Source of the DNA: Narcine bancroftii
Lineage: Eukaryota
NCBI RefSeq assembly: GCF_036971445.1
Contig: NC_091471.1
Coordinates: forward strand, 295,926,001-295,990,000
Direction of reading: 5' to 3'
Length of the DNA stretch: 64,000 nucleotides
This document shows positions 59,621 through 64,000 of the stretch, piece after piece. The notes under the pieces were generated by a model. The model saw only the letters and a program-made list of their open reading frames with translations, had not been told where the DNA came from and ran no database searches. Position 1 is the stretch's first letter. Each line of letters opens with the position of its first letter. A program made the position numbers and the translations under genes.

Positions 59621-60014
59621 CCCTAGGGGACAGAGTTCTCTTAAGGGAGCAGCCTACTATCACAGACCTGCTGCCCTAAGGAACCCTGGGTATGAACTGA
59701 CTAGCCATCTTGTTCAATTGTTCATCTTTCAAATCATTCATTTACACATTGCTTGAATCCCTGAATATAATCACTTTCCCAGATGCTTGATCTGAGCTCT
59801 GAGATTCATTCCCTTTTCTCTGTCTCTCCTTTGTTAATATATCCTTGACTCTTCCTCTGCTCCTTTGCCTATCCCACCAGACTAAGGAAGCTCTTGGTCT
59901 AACAGTATCTGTCCTTTGGGAATCTGGCTGGATAAAAATTTCAGGTGCTGTTAAAGGTGCTATTTACTGAGAATCTTCCTGTCCCAGGTATTGCAAAGTA
60001 TGGGCCTGGCCCCG

Positions 60015-60535
60015 TTAGAACCATAGAGCCATAGAACATTAATAGCACAGAAAGCAGGCCCATTGGCCCTTCTAGTCTGAACTATTTTTTCTACTTAGTC
60101 CCACTGACCTGCACCCAGTCCATAGTCCTCCATACCTCTCCCATCCATATACCTGTCCAGATTTGCTTAAATGTGAAAATTGAGCCTGCATTCACCACTT
60201 CAGTTCGAAGCTCATTCCACACTCACACCAATCTCTGTGTGAAGAAATCCCCTAAACTTATCCCCTTTCACTCTGATCCCTGGTTTGTATCTCATTTAAC
60301 ATCAGTGGAAAAAGCCTACTTGCATTTACTCTATCTATACTCCTCATCATTTTATATACCTCTATCAAATCTCCCCTCAATCTTCTAGGCTCCAGGGAAT
60401 AAAGTCCTAACCTGTTTAACCTTTCTTTGTAACTCAAATCCTGCCAACATCCTAATAAATCTTCTCTTCATTCAATCTTTCCTGCAGTTAGGTGACCAAA
60501 ACTGCACACAATACTCCAAATTTGGCCTCACTAAC
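60015..60535 (-). mobile_element. CR1-type LINE 3' fragment
   Basis: tagaaccatagagccatagaac tail followed by reverse-complement CR1 text. Confidence 0.8.
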
Positions 60536-60539
60536 ATCC

Positions 60540-61040
60540 TTCATTAAAACAAAGTTGTTCCAAGAAAACACCTTTGACTGCAAGTACATCAAGCAGTGGT
60601 CAGCATGGAACATCCTCAGACACAGAGAGATTAGAACAATGGATATTGTGGGGGGTGGGGGGGGCGGAAGGTTCCCTAAGCAGACTGTCCAGGTCATCTG
60701 GCGGAACATCTCATTGCCAGTGCTCTCTAACAAGCACCAGGACTTGGCCTGGCTGGTGGTGAGAGGAGTCCTCCTGGTTAAATCCTACACCCAAAACACC
60801 ACCCACAACGTGCATTGTCCCGAGATGACTGCAGTAGAGTGGAGATAGTCATTCACCTCTTAGCAGAATGCAGATTCACTAAGAGTGTGTGGAGAAGGAT
60901 GCAAGGGGATCTTGTAATGGTTCATCCCCAGCAGCAGCGTGTCTGAGTCACTCTGATCTGTGGGGCATTACTTAGGGCGCACACAGAGATATGTCAGTGA
61001 GGGAATTCTGCCGACTGGCACATTCCCTACTGCAGGAGTA
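60540..61040 (+). mobile_element. Tx1-like L1 3' fragment (degraded)
   Basis: FDCKYIKQWSAWNILR...FPKQTVQVIWRNISLPVLSNKHQDLAWLVVRGVL motif. Confidence 0.75.
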
Positions 61041-61639
61041 GCAGGCTCACTGGCAGAGGGCCAGCAAAGGGATTGGTTTCTCCCTTGACCTGGATTTGTC
61101 CCGGTGTAGCACAGATTGGTGTGGGAGTTGGAGCCTCAGACTCTGGCTCAGAAGTAATCAAGCACTGCAGTTACCAGCTGGGACTGGGGAGTGGCTGCCT
61201 GGGTGAATTAATAGCTTCTGGCTGTGAGTCACTTTGGGATGAGGTGAGGCTGTAACAGGTGCTAGTGAAATACTAGTCTTTCCTCCCATGTGGATTTCTG
61301 AGTTGGTGGAGATGGTTGTAATTCCAGGTAGGGTTGGAGCAGTGGCATTTGTCCCTCCACTACGCCCTTCCCCTCACCAGAGGGAAAAACTGTGTGAAGC
61401 AGCAGGGCTGCCGCAAGACTTTTCATGCTATGCTTCCTGTGTCATTCAGCACTCAGATTGACCACCTCCCTACCACCGCCCCCCCCCCCCCCCCCCCAGC
61501 CTGTGGCATCCTCTCTTCACAGCTGTCACAGACAACATCTCACTTGCCTCTGCAACAAGGTTAACACCAAGGCTTCCTGTTGAGGTCTGAGTGCATACTG
61601 AGGCAAGGAGAACTGAGAGATGGGTAGCACAGGTAGTGC

Positions 61640-61930
61640 ATGGTGCAGAGGGCAGAGAGAGGGGGAGGGAGGGAGGTGGGAGAGGGGGAGGGAGGGAGAT
61701 GGGAGAGGGAGAGAGAGGGGGAGGGAGGGAGGTAGGAGAGAGAGAGAGGGAGAAGGAGAGAGAAGGGGAGTGTAGGGAGAGCGGCGAGCAGCAGGAGAGA
61801 GAGAAAGATAGAGAGAAAAGCTGAGGGTGGGAGACAAAGTAGGGCATGGCAAAAAGCAATAAGGGAAAGAGTGAGAGGAAGGAAAGAGTGCAGGTGAAGG
61901 AGAGAGAAAGTTGCAAATGAACAGTGTGTG
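61640..61930. repeat. Purine-rich (GA/GGA) low-complexity tract
   Basis: Long runs of gggagg and gagaga. Confidence 0.8.
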
Positions 61931-64000
61931 AGCAAAGCCAGAAAAAGAGCAAGAAACATTAATGGTGCTGAATATAGAGGAGAGAGAGAAGGGGACAATG
62001 TAGCCATCCAGAGGGAGAGGACTGCAGCTGAAGAACAGATGGTGAGATGCAGAGGAGACAGAAACTGAGGGAAAATCAGATTTCACAGACAGCAGAAGAG
62101 AGACAGAAGACATCCCCATCCCTCCCTAACCTTCTCCCTCATACCAATCCCCTCCCCAACCTTGGCCAAACACCCTCCCCAACCCCCATCCCTATCCCCA
62201 TATTCACCCTTGTCTCCCAACCCCATTCTCAATCCCTATTGTCCTACACAATCTCCTAACTCCATCCCCAACCCCCTCTCCAACCACATCCTCCAGCCCA
62301 AATCCCACTCCCCCCCCCCCTGCCACCACTCAGTTCAGTCAAATCAGGACACTGGTGGGGAATATACTGGAATGGAGACGGGGTGTGTTGAAATGAGATA
62401 CTCCTGTCCCCAGGCATCAGCTCATTCTCCTCCTCCACTTACTTGAAGAGTCTTCCAAGCCATGTTTGTACCCTCGGCTGGCTCTCCCACTTTGGACAGC
62501 TGTGATGGGTGTGTTAAGACCCACCCCTCCAGTGTTCCAACCCCATGGATATGGCCTCTGCCCAGCTCATCAGAGTTTTTCTTACACCAGTGTTTGCCCT
62601 TAAGGCCCTGGTCAGCACCCATGCACAGCTTAACTATGTATCAGAACCTGACCAGGAAAAGCCCAGCACACATTCACCAGGGTGATAACTGGATTGAAAG
62701 GGTTAAGTGGTTATGTGAGGGTACTGGACCATTCTGAGTTCCACAGGTGAATAATGAATGCTGCACAGACAGGAATTGATGCCTCTAAGAGGTAGGGCAA
62801 AGGAACAATCCAAGAAAATCCCAGTCCCAGGCAGGAGTTTGAAACCCCACTTCCCATAAAACTTGCAAGGTCTGCAGGTCACTTGAAGGTTTCTAATGTG
62901 AAGCAGATCGAATTCATTGGACGAGGTAGAGTTCAGCTGGTCTCCTCCTGCCTCCATGTTGTCGGCCGTGGCTAGGGGAGTTGGACAGGACAACTGAGCT
63001 CCAGCACAGAACATCTCTTATCTGAGTGGGTTTGCATTGTGTGCACAATTCTCCCAACTCTTCCTCTCTCACAGAGTCAACAGAACTAAAGAATAGAAGG
63101 AACTGAGAATCCTACCCTGTCTTGCTCACTCGCCAGTCTGCATCAACAGTGCTGAGGCGGAGATAGCCGACAGTTTTAGATTCCTGGCGTCCTGGGGGGG
63201 GGGGGGGTGGGGGTAAACATCTGCAGTGATCTGTCCTGCTCTACATATTAAAAGACTAATCCCACCCCAGCCCCACTCTCTTCACCACCCTCCACCCCCC
63301 CCCCCCCCTCCTGTCAGGAATCAGATTCAGAAACGAGATCAAGCCCCACCAGATTCATTGACAGTTTCTTTCCTGCTGTTATCGGGCTCCTGAATGAATC
63401 TCACCCTGGTAAAACGATCCTGCCCTTGCTCCATACCAACTGATCTCTCTGTAACTCGACACTTCTGTACTGTGTCTTACTTGTTGTACAATGCATGGCA
63501 TGTCTCACTGGTCATCTCACAAAAGATTTAAATTAGAACTTGAAGCTAAACTTAGAGTTGTGGGCACATATCTGTGAGCTCATTCTAAGCAACACCGGCT
63601 GTGAGCTGTTGAGACCCTCCTCATGACCCTACCTTGGCATTCCCCGTGGGGAGATTGGGATCGGGGCAAGAGGCTGCTCTCCAGGCCTGTGCTTTCAGCC
63701 CAGTTTCAGGCAAGCTCTGTGGTTTGAAGAGGCTTACAATAGGGAGTTGATGCAGCTGCTGCCATTTTGTGGTTTGCTAGGTTCTTGTAAATCCCTTCTT
63801 CCTTTTCCTGCGGAGAGAGAGCTCTGACCACAACCAAGACACTTGGTTCTGACAACATTGCATGTGGAATGTCCGAAGGAATTGGTGACTGGTTTTGGGG
63901 AAAGGGAGCTCAGCATGACCAAGGGACAACATCCTGAGGTGTATCACCAGAAGATAATCAAATAAAGTGTGACCATGAACATTTCAAACAGATATAAGGG

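Noticed and set aside
61470-62119. Three long overlapping minus-strand ORFs
   Set aside because: Artefact of a low-complexity CT/GA tract lacking stop codons.

Overview
This is eukaryotic (vertebrate) genomic DNA, not prokaryotic. The repeat content (HE1/V-SINE-like, DeuSINE-like, Penelope, CR1, Rex-Babar, L1/Tx1, AviRTE-like RTE) suggests a cartilaginous fish, probably a ray or skate (inference). Three spliced protein-coding genes can be rebuilt by eye with GT-AG boundaries and consistent phases. MRPL34 is on + (exons 1754-1788 and 4557-4884, 120 aa). BORCS8/MEF2BNB is on + (exons 29032-29068, 30767-30879, 31438-31502, 32721-32828; last exon not securely located). TMEM221 is on - (exons 52292-51982, 47445-47360, 41223-40751; 289 aa). 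Most remaining sequence is transposon-derived. Highlights: (1) an ORF1-only, ORF2-deleted L1 with TSDs, nested in a related L1, nested in a Rex-Babar LINE; (2) two related Gypsy LTR elements that both lost sequence starting right at the primer-binding site, one with an inverted U5 and one with a YLDN RT motif; (3) many Penelope-type terminal repeats carrying minimal hammerhead-ribozyme motifs, including fold-back copies and a 100-bp tandem array apparently derived from them; (4) piggyBac, hAT, Tc1 and palindromic MITE DNA elements. Most short six-frame ORFs are spurious. Boundaries of degraded repeats are approximate, and family and gene assignments come from recognition, not from a database search.
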